From positions 132,682,001 to 132,746,000 of the forward strand of contig NC_086097.1 of NCBI RefSeq assembly GCF_963921235.1: a stretch of 64,000 bases of DNA. The letters are read 5' to 3'. The notes under the pieces are model-generated. The model had not been told where the DNA came from, made no database searches, and was given only the letters and a program-made list of their open reading frames with translations. Source of the DNA: Mobula hypostoma (lineage: Eukaryota). Positions 1-12,851 of the stretch are shown piece by piece. The first letter of the stretch is position 1, and the number at the start of each line of letters is the position of its first letter. The position numbers and the translations under genes are program-made.

Positions 1-595
1 TAAGGTGTTGTTCCTTCAACCTAAATGTGACTTCATCACAACAGTGGAGGAGGGAATGGATAGACATATTGGAATGGGAATGGGAAGTGGAATTAAAATG
101 GGTGGCCATCGGAGATCCCGCTTTTTCTGGCAGACGGAGCATAGGTGCTCGGCAAAGCGGTCTCCCAATCTACGTCAGATCTCTCCAATATACAGGAGGC
201 CACACAAGGAACACCAGACACAGTATATGACCCCAACAGGCATGCAGGTGACGTGCCACTTCAGATGGAAGGGCTGTTTGGAGCCCTGAATGGTAGTGTA
301 GGGGCAGGTGTAGCACTTGTTTTGCTTGAAGGGATAAGGGCCAGCAGGGAGATCAGTGGGGAGGGCCGAATGAACAAGGGAGTCGCATAGGGAGCAATCC
401 CTGCAGAAAGCAGAAAGTGAGGGGGAGGGAAAGACGTGCTTGTTGGTGGGATCCTGTTGGAGATGGTGGACGTTTCAGAGAATTATGTGTTGGTTGCGAA
501 GGCTGGTGGGGTGGTAGTTGAGGACAAGAGGAGCCCTATCCCTGGTAGGGTGGCAGGAGGATGGGGTGAGAGCAGATATGCGTGAAATGGAAGAG
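1..595 (-). mobile_element. Penelope-like element fragment, GIY-YIG endonuclease region (degenerate, cut by window edge)
   Basis: Reverse strand reads ...FHLKWHVTCMPVGVIYCVWCSLCGLLYIGEI*RRLGDRFAEHL...THFNS, i.e. VIY-CxxC-YIG-R-EH motifs of the PLE GIY-YIG domain, with a stop and frameshifts. Confidence 0.8.
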
Positions 596-1354
596 ATATA
601 CACATAATCTGATAATTGGGATAAAAGTCACATAAACCACAGACAGAATTTTTCCCCAGATTACTTCACTCTCCTAACTTTTGCACCTTACACATGGCAA
701 AGATTCATTTTACTTTCAACTCATAAACATTAATTAGTATATAACCTTATGACAAAATAGCACAGTTTCTATTGTATCACACAAAGAAAACCACTGACCC
801 TGTAATTAGGGTGTGCAATGCGATGTAGCAAGGAGCAGGGAATTGTGAATCCTTAGCAGTGAGGATGGACCCAAGGTACAAAATTTTAAGTCTAAATTGG
901 TATTGTGATGAAATTCAGTATACAAGTCAAAAACTTCTGAATGGCAAGGAATGAAAATAATCAAAGATGTTGGCTGGTCAGAAGAATGTAAGCAGTATTA
1001 TTAGATGGCCTTCTGGCCCCTTGAGCAACTCAAATGAGATAATGACTGATGATGTCCCTCCAGAAGAGTGCAGGAAAATGGGGTCAACAACAAGGGGACA
1101 AAGAATTAATCAACTGCAAGAAAAAATGTTTCACCCAAGGAATAGTAAAATGCATCTGCATGGATGTGGAAGGTGAAAACCTTCCCAACATTTAAGTACT
1201 ATCTGGAAGAGCACTTGAAGAGTGCAATTATGAACCAGGCATTGGAAAAAGGGATTAGAGTGAACAGTGCTTTCTCAAAGGGCTTTATGACCTCTGCTGT
1301 AAACCTTTTATGGCTCAGCATTCCTCACTCTCTGTCTCCCTTACTGGGCAACAA

Positions 1355-4216
1355 TCTTTATACTTTATACTTTATTGTCACCAAACAATTGATACTAGAA
1401 CATACAATCATCATCGCGATATTTGATTCTGTGCTTCCCGCTCCCTGGATTACAAATCGATAGTAAATATTAAAAATTTAAATTATAAATCATAAATAGA
1501 AAATAGAAAATGGAAAGTAAGGTAGTGCAAAAAAACCGAGATGCAAGTCCAGATATTTTGATTATCCTGGCAGCATTTATCCGACAGCATGCGGTGTAAA
1601 GTGAATCCAAGGACGAAAGATTGGTTTGTGTGATGTGCTGCGCCGTGTTCATGATCTTCTGCAGCTCCTTCCGGTCTTGGACAGGACAACTTCCATACCA
1701 GGTTGTGATGCACCCTAGAAGAATGCTTTCTACAGTGCATCTATAAAAATTAGTGAGGGTTTTAAGGGACAGGCCAAATTTCTTTAGTTTTCTCAGGAAG
1801 TAAAGGCGCTGGTGTGCCTTCTTAGCAGTGGACTCTGCTTGGTTGGACCAAGTCAGGTCATTTGTGATATTGACCCCGAGGAACTTAAAGCTTTTGACCT
1901 GTTCCACTTGTGCACCACCGATGTAAATTGGGTCGTGCAGTCTGCTACTCCTTCTGAAGTCAACAACCTTCGTCTTGCTGACATTGAGGGATAGGTTATT
2001 GTCTTCACACCATGCCACCAGGTTCTTAATTTCCTCTCTGTACTCAAACTCATCATTACCCGAGATACGGTCTTTAATTGTGTCATCAGCAAACTTATAT
2101 ATTGAGTTCGATGGAAACTTGGCTACACAATCATGGGTGTACAGTGAGTACAGCAGGGGCTGACTACACAGCCTTGAGGGGCACCAGTGCTCAGAGTGAT
2201 TGTAGAGGAGAGCTTGTCCCCTATTGTTACAGCCTGGGTCCTGTCTGTGAGGAAGCTGAAGATCCAGCTGCAGATCTGAGTGCTAAGGCCCAGGTTCCGG
2301 AGCTTAGGAATCAGTTTATTTGGAATGATGGTATTAAAGGCAGAGCCGTAGTCAATGAAAAGGAGCCTTATGTATGCGTCTTTATTCTCTAGGTGTTCTG
2401 AGGAGGAATGTAGGGCCAGAGAGATGGCACCTGCCGTTGACCTGTTGCTCCGGTAGGCTAATTGCAAGGCATCGAGGTTGACCGGTAGGCTGTGGTTGAT
2501 GTGTGCCATAACCAATCGCTCGAGGCACTTCATAGCAATTGATGTCAGAGCCACAGGTCGATAGTCATTCAGACATGCCACCTTGCTCTTCTTCGGCACT
2601 GGGATTATTGTTGCCTTCTTAAAACACAAGGGGATCTTAGACTGAAGCAAGGAGCAGTTGAAGATGTCAGCAAACACTCCAGCTAGCTCGCTTGCACAGG
2701 CCTGGAGAACCCGTCCTGGGACGCCATCTGGGCCCGTCGCCTTCCTTGGATTTATCTTCAGGAAGGCCCTTCTAACATCCTCCTCGGTGACGATGAATCT
2801 CGATGCCACCAGGTCCGGTTCATCTGGAGGGAGTGGAATGCTCCTCTTCAGTTAGAATCTTGTGTAGAATACGTTAAGTTTGTCAGGAAGAGAAGCGCCA
2901 CAGTTATTGATATTCCCAGCCCTTTCTTTGCGCCCAGTGATCTCATTTAGACTCTACCATAGTCTACTGGCATCCCTCTAGTTAGCCTGGGCTTCCAACT
3001 TGGCTCGATATTGCCTCCTGGCACCCTTAATGGCTTTCCGGAGTTCACGCCTGGATTCCGTGTAGCGACTGGTATCCCCGGACCTAAAAGCCACAGCTCT
3101 AGCCTTCAAAAGGAACTTGACCTCATAATTCATCCAAGGCTTCCAGTTAGGGAATACCCGGATCGTCTTGCGAGACATACAGTCCTCCATGCATTTCCAA
3201 ATAAAGTCTGTGTCAGCTGAGGCATACTCATCGAGGTTAGCTGCCGAGTCTTTGAATACTAACCAGTCCACCGATTCAAAGCAGTCACGGAGGACCTCAT
3301 CCATTTCCTCCATCCAGCGGGACACTGCTTTTGACACCGTGACCTCCCACTTCAGTTTCTGTTTGTAAGCCGGGAGGAGGAGTACAGCCTGATAGTCCAA
3401 TTTTCCGAAGTGAGGTCGTGGGACGGAACAGTAGGCATCCTTGACTGCTGTGTAGCAGTGGTCAAGTATATTTGGGCCTCTAGTGGGGCAGGAGACATGT
3501 TGGTATAACTTTGGTAGTGCCTTTCAGAGGTTGGCCTGGTTAAAGTCCCTGGCTGTAATGAGCAAAGCCTCCGGATACCTGGTCTCAAGTTCACTGATGT
3601 TGGCATACAGTATGTTCAAAGCACACTCCACGTCCGCCTGGGGGGGAATGTAGACCGCTGTCAGTATGACCGAGGTGAATTCCCATGGCAGATAGTAGGG
3701 ACGACACTTCACCGACAGGTGTTCCAGGTCCGGGCTGCAGGAGCTTGTTAGTGCCACTGTATCCGAGCACCACGTAGTGTGGATCAGTAGGCAGACACCA
3801 CCTCCCCCAGTTTTGCCTGAAGATGCCATGCGGTCCATCCGATGGATCGAAAATCCCTCCGGTCGGATGGCACAGCCGGGGGTGGCAGGGAGAGCCAGAT
3901 CTCAGTGAAACAGAATACACAGCAGTTCTGCATCTCCCTGCAGTAGGTGAGTCTCCCTTTAAGATCATCCATCTTGTTCTCTATGGCTTGCGCATTAGCT
4001 AGTAGGATGGTGGGCATAGGGACCCTGAAACCCCTCAGCTTCAATCTGACCAGCAGCCCAGTCTTCTCCCACGCTTCCTCGGTAAATAGTGCACCTTTCC
4101 AGGTTTCTATTGATGCACTGTGTTGTTGTCAGCTCTTTGAGGTTGGTGGATGCATCCCGCAGGGATCGATCGGCAAATTTGAACATACTCAGTGGTTTAG
4201 CACCGGCTACCGCTAA
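1355..4216 (-). mobile_element. Rex1/Babar-like non-LTR retrotransposon, near full-length ORF2 region, disrupted
   Basis: Collinear minus ORFs: APE endonuclease (TILLANAQAIENK, CFTE, GGGVCLLI, AVYIPP; 3524-4044), linker (2978-3400), RT (KATGPDGV, LNDYRPVALTS, LFIDYGSAFNT, GAPQGCV; 2123-2809), C-terminal part (KFLGVNI, QRLYFLRKL; 1470-2018); (TATAAAG)n-like 3' tail at about 1355-1375. Confidence 0.9.
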
Positions 4217-4589
4217 CACAAAGAATTCTTACATATAACTGGTTGACAGAGGAAAAGAATCAAAAATGTGACCTCTAACATTAACTCTGTTTCTCTTCCC
4301 TTCCCACAGACATTGAATGGACTGCAGTGTGTTTTCAGCTTTTATTTAGTAACTCCTGGGACTAGTTTATCAAATGACCACCATCACGCTGTACATCAGG
4401 ATTTATTCATTGCTGTTCTGCACACAGACTATTTTGGCATCATAAATATGTTCCAAAATTGTTTCCAGAAATTACTCAACAGCTTGTGTGCATGCTACAA
4501 ACTTAATGACATGGATAAGAAGTTGCTCTACATTCAATAATATACTTGCTGATTAAAGCTTTGGTCTCAGTACTTCCCTTCATGATAGA

Positions 4590-5020
4590 GAAAAGATGTG
4601 GCTGTGCTGGAGAGAGTACGGAAGAGCTTCACCAGGATGTCTCCAAGATTATGCTGAGGGATTGAATTAGCAGTATTCATTTTCTCTGGAGCAAAGAAGA
4701 ATGAGAGAGAAGGCCTGATTAAAGTCTATGAGAGGAATAATCTTTTTTTCTTTGGCGGAGGCATCTAAAACAAGACAGCATAAATTTAAGGTGAGGGGAA
4801 GTTATTTTACACAGAATGTGGTTGATACCTGGGACACCTTGCCAATGGAAATGGTGGAATTTGATGTAATCACTATATTTAAATAACAGGCATTTAAGTA
4901 GGCAATGCATAGAAAGACAAGAACCTTATATAAGTGAATGGGATTAAAGTAGATGGGTGAAAGGGTTAGCATGGACATGATGGACTAAATTCTAAGCTGT
5001 ACTTTACTTCTGTACTCTAT
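4590..5020 (+). mobile_element. Old CR1-like LINE 3' fragment
   Basis: Degenerate match to the CR1 ORF2 C-terminus seen elsewhere in the window (LERV-RxFTRM, FTQxVV...W). Confidence 0.6.
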
Positions 5021-6524
5021 ATACTGTATACCATTCCATACCCTTACTTCAGGCAATGGATAAAAATCTAGTTATCGACCTCGGCACTGAATATACTCAA
5101 TGGTTCCATGCCCAAACCTCACAGGATGCGAAACCCCTGGAGAGAAGATATTTCTTCCTATCTCTATCTTAAGTGGCTGAATTCCTGGTTCTTAATTCCC
5201 CCCAAAAATGAAAAGTCCTCTCAACATTCACCTTGCCAACTCTCCTCAGGATCCCAGAACCATGTACAAGGAATGTCATCCTTGACCCACTTGCCCCTCA
5301 ACTGCAAAGATGTCTCACAGACATAAACTTGTTCCAGGTTGATTTGTTGTACTTGTGTTTAGTCCTCTAGCCCTCAATCCTTCATGATCACTATACACTG
5401 CAGTTCTGGCCTATTTCATATCTTTGTCTTCCTTTCCTCATTAGACATAATTAACCATACCTACCATCACCTTGAAAGTTCCTCCTTGTGCCTCTGAAGC
5501 TCCCATCCAACCTTCCTCTTTGATCATTCTTTCAATCACCTGTCCAAATGTGATCCCTTTCCAATATATTTGGATTGTTTTACTGTTACTGGAACAGTAT
5601 AATGTGAGCTACCATTGTCTTTTAAATACTGTGCTGTACTATGTGAAGGAACTGAGGATGTACTGTAGCTTGGCTGATAACTTCCTTCCCTGAAGTTTGT
5701 GGCTTCAAATTACACATCAGTAAATTAAGTAGAATTATTTTTGATTTAACTCTAAACAGCTGGAGATACAGTCTTTCAGATAATGCTTTACCTGGAGGCT
5801 TATCTCGCCCTCTCATTCCCACAACATAACTCTCTTGCTTCTCACTGAATTATCTTGGGTGCCCTGAGACATAGCCAAGTTGTAACATAAGTTACCTCAT
5901 CACTATCACTGCTGTTGGTGGGGTGCAACTCTGTGAAAATCATCTGCCATGTTGCTTACATTACAAGACTGAGCACACTTCATTGGATGTAGATTCGTTT
6001 AGAATATCTTGCAGTTGTAAAAGGGACTTCATGAGGTGCTTGCTTATATTTGACAACAAGTTGCCCAAAGTCTGGAGACACATGAGATGCTGGAATATGG
6101 AACAATAAACGAACCGATGGAAAAACTCAGCAGGTCAAACAACATCTGCAGAGATAAATGGTTGATTGATGTTTTGGGTAGAGACTCTGTTTCAGTCCCA
6201 AAATTCAACCACTTTTCAGTTAAAGAGAAGTTATTAGGTAGAGTATAGATAGATAGAGAGATAAATAGATACTTTATTGATCCCAAAGGAAATTACAATG
6301 TCACAGTAGTATTACAAGTGCACAGATATACAATATTGGAAGAGAAGTAAGGAGAACAAACACAAAATAAGTTATCTTAAACAGTCTAATAGGAGGGGGT
6401 CATCACTTCTCCAGCTATATGTTGAGTCATTATAGAGCCCTATGGGCAAGGGTAAGAATGACCTCAGGTAGCGTTCTTTGGAGCAGTGTAGTTGTCTTAG
6501 TATAGTTACAGTATATCTGGTGTA

Positions 6525-7150
6525 AGAAACAAGCTCCTGGTGGAACTCACTGTGTCAGGTGGCATTGGTGAAGGAAAATATACAGTCAACATTTCAGATC
6601 AAGACCCTTCATCTGGACCAAAAGACAGAAGGGAGGTAATCAGTATAAAGAGGTGAGAAGAAGTGCTGGGGCAAGAGCTGGCAAGAGGTAAATGGAACCA
6701 GGTGAGGAAGGGCTGACAGACGGATGGAGGGAGGGAAGAATTGAAACAGTGACCAAGTCTGGAAGGTGGTAGATGGAGGCAACAAACGGCTACAGATGAT
6801 AGAATCTGATAGAAAATGAGGATAGAATATGGAATCAAATAAGGTAACTGAGGTGGTGTGGGTAGATGGGAACAGAGAAGGAAATGGACTTAATCTGAGG
6901 AGTATTTCAGTGATGGGCAGATGGAGTGGGTGGAGGAGGGGAGTAAGAATCAGATTGATGAAGTGCTGGAATGTGCGAAGGAGAAACTGGGTAGATCAGG
7001 AAGAGAGGGAAAAGGAACAATGGGGGAGCAGATTAGATGGAAATGGAGAATTCAATTTTCATACTATCAGGTAGTGAAGCAACCACTCAAAATATGACTT
7101 GCTGTTCCTGTAACTTAGGTTTAGCCTCACCCTGACAGTGGAGGCTTCAT
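6525..7150 (-). mobile_element. Penelope-like 3' region/terminal repeat fragment
   Basis: Purine-rich tract plus the terminal motif shared with 40380-40610 and 42480-43035; carries a decayed hammerhead-like motif at about 6583-6619. Confidence 0.55.
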
Positions 7151-8057
7151 GGCTGCTGCTGTTGAGTATACATCACACTCTTGGATAGGAAGTGGACAAT
7201 TCTGAAGTAGTCTTGTGTTTTGAGAAGGAGAGTCCAATTTCTATTTATAACTCCAATCTCAGTTGATAATCCTTTTTGCTTCATGCTGGTATTTATAATT
7301 CAAACTTTGCATTTGGTATTTGGAAACCTTCCAACAATTACATGGTACCATTAACAATACTGTGATCAATACTTGACTCCTGGTCACAATTTGAAAAAAA
7401 AAAGCGGAGCTCAAAAAATGATAAAGTAATTGCATTTTCTAATGGAAATACAGGACATGCCTCTTAATGAGAATATTCAGTCAAAGAGAATATATTTGCT
7501 CAGATGTCAGCATTGCCTCCAACTCCTTCAGTACGTGTAGTGCAAGAGCAACTGGACGAAGGGGATATTTCACTCACCTAAGGACCACTGCTATTAATAG
7601 GCTCCTATAGAGCCATATTGATTTATTAGTCCTTTCAATCCCCTTGTGAAGTGGCCTCTTACTCCACCATTTCATAAGCAATGACCTCTAATTTGTTCTC
7701 CATTTGTAAAAATAAAACTAAATTTTAGCAGAAAAATTTAATGAGAATAGCACATGCATTTATGTATTAGTGAGGGCAAAGATTGTCATTGGAATTTATT
7801 ATTCCATTGAAGTATTTCTTCAAAGTAGTTCACTATCGTTCCTTGGAGGTGACATCAGGAGTTTCAGACAATAGGGGTTAATGCAGTTTGACTTAGGGCA
7901 GGCATGTTCCTCCACACCATTGGTATTATCCACAGGAGGCATTTCAGCCAGAAGGCAATATTCATCATCAAAGATCTCATGCCATCTTCTCATAACTACC
8001 ATCAAGCAGAAGGTATAGTATACTTAAGTCCCTCACCACCAGGTTCAAAACCAGCTA

Positions 8058-9670
8058 CAGTGCCTAGAAAAAGTATCCCCCCCCCCCCCGGAAGTTCTCA
8101 TGTTTTATTGTCTTACAACATTGAATCACAAGGGATTTAATTTGGCTGTTAGCCACTGATCAACAGAAAATGACCCTATGTATCAGAGTGAAAACAGATC
8201 TCTACAGAGTGGTCTAAATGAATTACGAACATAAAACACAAAATAATTGATTGCATAAGTATTCACCCCCTTCAGGTCATTATTTACTAGATGTTCCTTT
8301 GGCAGCAATTCAGCCTTGAGCCTGTGTGGATAGGTCTCTGTCAGCTTTGCACATCTGGACACTGCAGTTTTTTTTTCCTTTCTTCTTCACAAAATTGCTT
8401 AAGCTCTGTCAGATTGCATGGGGATTGTGAGTGAATGGCCATTTTCAAGTCCAGCCACAAATTCTCAATTGGATTGAGGTCTAAACTCTGACTTGGCCAC
8501 TCCAGGACATTAACTTTGTTGTTTTAAGCTATTCCTGTGTAGCATTGGCTTTATACTTGGCGTCATCGTCTTGCTGGAAAATAAATCTTCCCCAAAGTTG
8601 CAGCTGTCAATCAGACTGCATGAGGGTTACCTCCAGGGTTTCCCTGTATTTTGCTGCATTCATTTTATCCTCTACCTTCACAAGCCCTCCAGGACCTGCT
8701 GCAGTGAAGCATCCCCACAGCATGAAGCAGCCACCACCATGCTTCATGGTAGGGATGGTGTGTTTTTGATGATGTGCGGTGTTTGGCTTACGCCAAGCAT
8801 AGCATTTCGTCTAATGGACAAAAAGATCATAGAACCTTCTTCCAGCTGACTTCAGAGTCTCCTGCATGCTTTCTGGCAAATTAGCAGTGATTTCATGTGA
8901 GTTTTTTTTTCAACAGTGGGTTTCTCTTTGCTACTCTCCTATAAAGATGCAACTGGTGAAGCACCTGGGTAACAGTTGCTGTATGTACGGTCTCTCACAT
9001 CTCAGCCACTGAAGCTTGTAACTCCTCCAGAGTTGTCATAGGTGTCTTGGTAGTCTCCCTCACTAGTCCCTTTCTTGCATGGTCACTCAGTTTTTGAGGA
9101 AAGCCTGCTCTAGACAGCTTTACAATTGTGCTATATTCTTTCCATTTCTTGATGATTGACTTAACTGTGCTCAGTGACTTAGAAATGTTCACGTATCCAT
9201 CTCCTGACACATGCTTTTCAGTAACCTTTTCACGGCATTGCTTGGAGTGTTCCTTTGTCTTCATGGTGTAGTTTTTGCTAGGATTCTGACTCACCAGCAG
9301 TTGGACCTTCCAGGTTCAGGTGTGTTTTTACTACAATCAATTGAAACACCTTGACTGCACACAGGTTTATACATAGCTAAGATACCTTAACTAATTATGT
9401 GACTTCTAACCAATTGGCTGCACCAGTGATGATTTGAAGTGTCATATTAAAGAGTGAATACTTATGCAATCAATTATATTGTGTTTTATATTTGTAATTA
9501 ATTTAGATCACTTTGTAGAGATTTGATTTAACTCTGACACAAAAGAGTCTTTTACTGTTGATCAGTGTCAAAAAGGACAAATTCAGTCCACTGTGGCTCA
9601 ACGTTGAAAAACAACAAAACATGAAAACTATCAAGCGGGGGAGGGGGGGGAATACTTTTTATAGGCACTG
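8058..9670 (-). mobile_element. Tc1-family DNA transposon (DD34E), full length about 1.6 kb, transposase pseudogenised; inserted in a Rex1-like LINE 3' fragment
   Basis: TA at 8056-8057 then CAGTGCCT...; right end ...ATAGGCACTG at 9670; about 210-bp TIRs with inner repeats (ATTGCATAAGTATTCAC / GTGAATACTTATGCAAT); flanks rejoin into a LINE-like C-terminus. Confidence 0.92.
8275..9264 (-). pseudogene. Tc1 transposase pseudogene
   Basis: MKTKEHSKQCREKV...GDGY...STVKSIIKKWKE N-terminal HTH; FQQDDDAKYK...[15 protein letters not shown] catalytic block with 34 residues between D and E after correcting one frameshift; internal stops. Confidence 0.88.
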
Positions 9671-10012
9671 TCCTTTTCTTCAACCATTTGGTTCTTGAAC
9701 CAACCAGCAAAATTCCAATCACTACAGTTTAGCAACTCTATAACCAAATTCATCATGTTGCACTAAAATGAATTTCGCTTTTTTTGTTTGTATTGTGCTC
9801 TTTTTTGTAAAAAAAAATGCATAATTACTGTTTAATTGATATTTTTCTTGTGAATGCTGCTTATGTGAAGCAATGTACTGAGCCTGTGATGCTTCTGCAA
9901 GTAAGCACCTGTGCATATATGAACTTGTAAAGGTGACAATGATCTCAATTTTGAATTTGCATCCAAATCTCAAAATTGCTCTCCAAACTACAGTCACAAC
10001 CCCCCACCCAAC

Positions 10013-11481
10013 AACATAGAAACATAGAAACATAGAAAATAGGTGCAGGAGTAGGTCATTCGGCCCTTCGAGCCTGCACCGCCATTTATTATGATCATGG
10101 CTGATCATCCAACTCAGAACCCCGCCCCAGCCTTCCCTCCATACCCCTTGACCCCTGTAGCCACAAGGGCCATATCTAGCTCCCTCTTAAACATAGCCAA
10201 TGAACTGGCCTCAACAGTTTGCTGTGGCAGAGAATTCCACAGATTCACCACTCTCTGTGTGAAGAAGTTTTTCCTAATCTCGGTCCTAAAAGGCTTCCCC
10301 TCTATCCTCAAACTGTGACCCCTCGTTCCGGACTTCCCCAACATCGGGAACAATCTTCCTGCATCTAGCCTGTCCAATCCCTTTAGGATCTAATACGTTT
10401 CAATCAGATCCCCCCTCAATCTTCTAAATTCCAACGAGTACAAGCCCAGTTCATCCAGTCTTTCTTCATATGAAAGTCCTGCCATCCCAGGAATCAATCT
10501 GGTGAACCTTCTTTGTACTCCCTCTATGGCAAAGATGTCTTTCCTCAGATTAGGGGACCAAAACTGCACACAATACTCCAGGTGTGGTCTCACCAAGGCC
10601 TTGTACAACTGCAGTAGTACCTCCCTGCTCCTGTACTCGAATCCTCTCGCTATAAATGCCAGCATACCATTCGCCTTTTTCACCGCCTGCTGTACCTGCA
10701 TGCCCACTTTCAATGACTGGTGTATAATGACACCCAGGTCTCGTTGCACCTCCCCTTTTCCTAATCGGCCACCATTCAGATAATAATCTGTTTTCCTATT
10801 TTTGCCACCAAAGTGGATAACTTCACATTTATCCACATTAAATTGCATCTGCCATGAGTTTGCCCACTCACCCAACCTATCCAAGTCACCCTGCATCCTC
10901 TTAGCATCCTCCTCACTGCTAACACTGCCACCCAGCTTCGTGTCATCCGCAAACTTGGAGATGCTGCATTTAATTCCCTCATCCAAGTCATTAATATATA
11001 TTGTAAACAACTGGGGTCCCAGCACTGAGCCTTGCGATACCCCACTAGTCACCGCCTGCCATTCTGAAAAGGTCCCGTTTATTCCCACTCTTTGCTTCCT
11101 GTCTGCTAACCAATTCTCCACCCACACCAATACCTTACCCTCAATACCGTGTGCTTTAAGTTTGCACACTAATCTCCTGTGTGGGACCTTGTCAAAAGCC
11201 TTTTGAAAATCCAAATATACCACATCCACTGGTTTTCCCCTATCCACTCTACTAGTTACATCCTCAAAAAATTCTATGAGATTCGTCAGACATGATTTTC
11301 CTTTCACAAATCCATGCTGACTTTGTCCGATCATTTCTCTGCTTTCCAAATGTGCTGTTATCACATCCTTGATAACTGACTCCAGCAGTTTCCCCACCAC
11401 CGACGTTAGGCTAACCGCTCTATAATTCCCCGGTTTCTCTCTCCCTCCTTTTTTAAAAATTGGGGTTACATTAGCCACCCT
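10013..11481 (-). mobile_element. Young 5'-truncated CR1 LINE (RT domain and 3' end)
   Basis: ORF 10390-11478 (ANVTPIFKKG, YLDFQKAFDKVPH, QGSVLGP, KFADDTKL), one premature stop at 10390-10392, continues as ORF 10114-10377; (TTTCTATG)n tail. Confidence 0.95.
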
Positions 11482-11689
11482 ATGAAGTGTTGCTTACAAA
11501 CTTGTCCATAATCACTGAAAATCTTTGATATTGGTGTGGATATAAACAAAAATACCATGAAAATCTTACTTCCTGTGAAATGTTGTCTAAATGCATTGTT
11601 ATTGTAATCCTGGGCAGTTTTGCAAACCTTCAAAAGTAATCACTTCAAAAAAATTCAATATACAATGAAAGCTAAAATTAAAAATGTTT

Positions 11690-11950
11690 TTTAATTTATT
11701 CATTTACAGGATATGAGCATTGCCAGCTAAGCCAGCATTTATTGCCCATCCCTAGCTGTCCTTGAGAAGGTGATGATGAGCTGCCTTCTTGAACCGCTGT
11801 AGTCCCTGAGGTGTAGGTACACCCACAGAGCTGTTAAGGAAGGGAATTCCATGACTTAGACCCAGCGACAATGAAGGAACTGCAATATGTTTCCAAATCA
11901 GGATGGTGAGTGACTTAGAGGGGGATTTTCATGTGGTGGTGTTTCCAGTT
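11690..11950 (-). mobile_element. LINE 3'-end fragment (family uncertain)
   Basis: Related degenerate copies at about 35655-35720 and 51440-51550; motif GCCAGCATTTATTGCCCATCCCTA. Confidence 0.5.
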
Positions 11951-12524
11951 TACTTATGATATTTCACCTCTTTCTTCAATCTGGAGCATATTCAAAAATT
12001 GCATTTAGGTGCTTCAGGAATATCATATACATCACTAAGGATCCTCGCCAACCAAGACAAGTCCTCTTGTTATTATTACCATATTCATAAAACCTAGGAA
12101 CAAATTAGACCATTTGACCCATCAAGTCTACCCTGCCATTCCATCATGGCTGATTTTTTTATCCCTCTCAACCCTAATCTCCTGCCTTCTCCTTGTGATC
12201 TTTGACATCCTGACTAATCAAGTATCTATCAACCTCTGCTTTAAATATCCCCAATGACTAGGCCCTCACAGTCAACTGTTGCAATAAATTCCACGGATTC
12301 ACCACCCTCCGGCTACAGAAATTCCTTCTCATCTCTGTTCTAAATGGATGTCCCTCTAATCTGAGGCTGTGCCCTCTGATTCTAGACTCACTTACTATAG
12401 GAAACATCCTCTCCACATCCACTCTATCTAAGCCTTTCAATATTCAATATTGAGATCCCCCTCATTCTTCCAAACTTCAGCAAGTGCAGGCCCAGACCAT
12501 CAGACACACCTCATATGTTAATCC

Positions 12525-12811
12525 TGTGGCGACCCACTTTCTGGCACCCACGAACCGGCTCACGAAACAGCGCGCGCAGGCAGAGGGCCGGCAGCAAAAA
12601 GGGCGCCAGGCCATCTTCACCAGCAGGGAGAAAATCCCGTGAGTAGAAAGGGTCTGGGAATATGCATTCCCCACAGTAGTCCCGCCCAGGGAGGGTGGGA
12701 ACGGGAAGGCTTTAAAGCGGGCCGCGAAGTTTGAATAAATCTCTTTCATCGCAACTCTAACTCACCGACTCCGTGTGGCTATTCTAGCGCTGTGTGTAGC
12801 ACATCGCTACA
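12525..12811 (+). repeat. 5' LTR (287 bp)
   Basis: TGTGGCGA...TCGCTACA; direct repeat of 16619-16903; AATAAA at 12734-12739. Confidence 0.96.
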
Positions 12812-12813
12812 AT

Positions 12814-12827
12814 TGGTGACCCCGACG
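12814..12827 (+). promoter_or_regulatory. Primer binding site complementary to tRNA-Trp
   Basis: TGGTGACCCCGACG 2 nt after the LTR; complement of the eukaryotic tRNA-Trp 3' end ...CGUCGGGGUCACCA. Confidence 0.88.
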
Positions 12828-12851
12828 GCCCAAACGATATTTGGACCAGAG

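Noticed and set aside
10091..11206. Plus-strand ORFs repeated at 53797-54912 as a duplicated gene
   Set aside because: Antisense shadows of the two near-identical CR1 copies.
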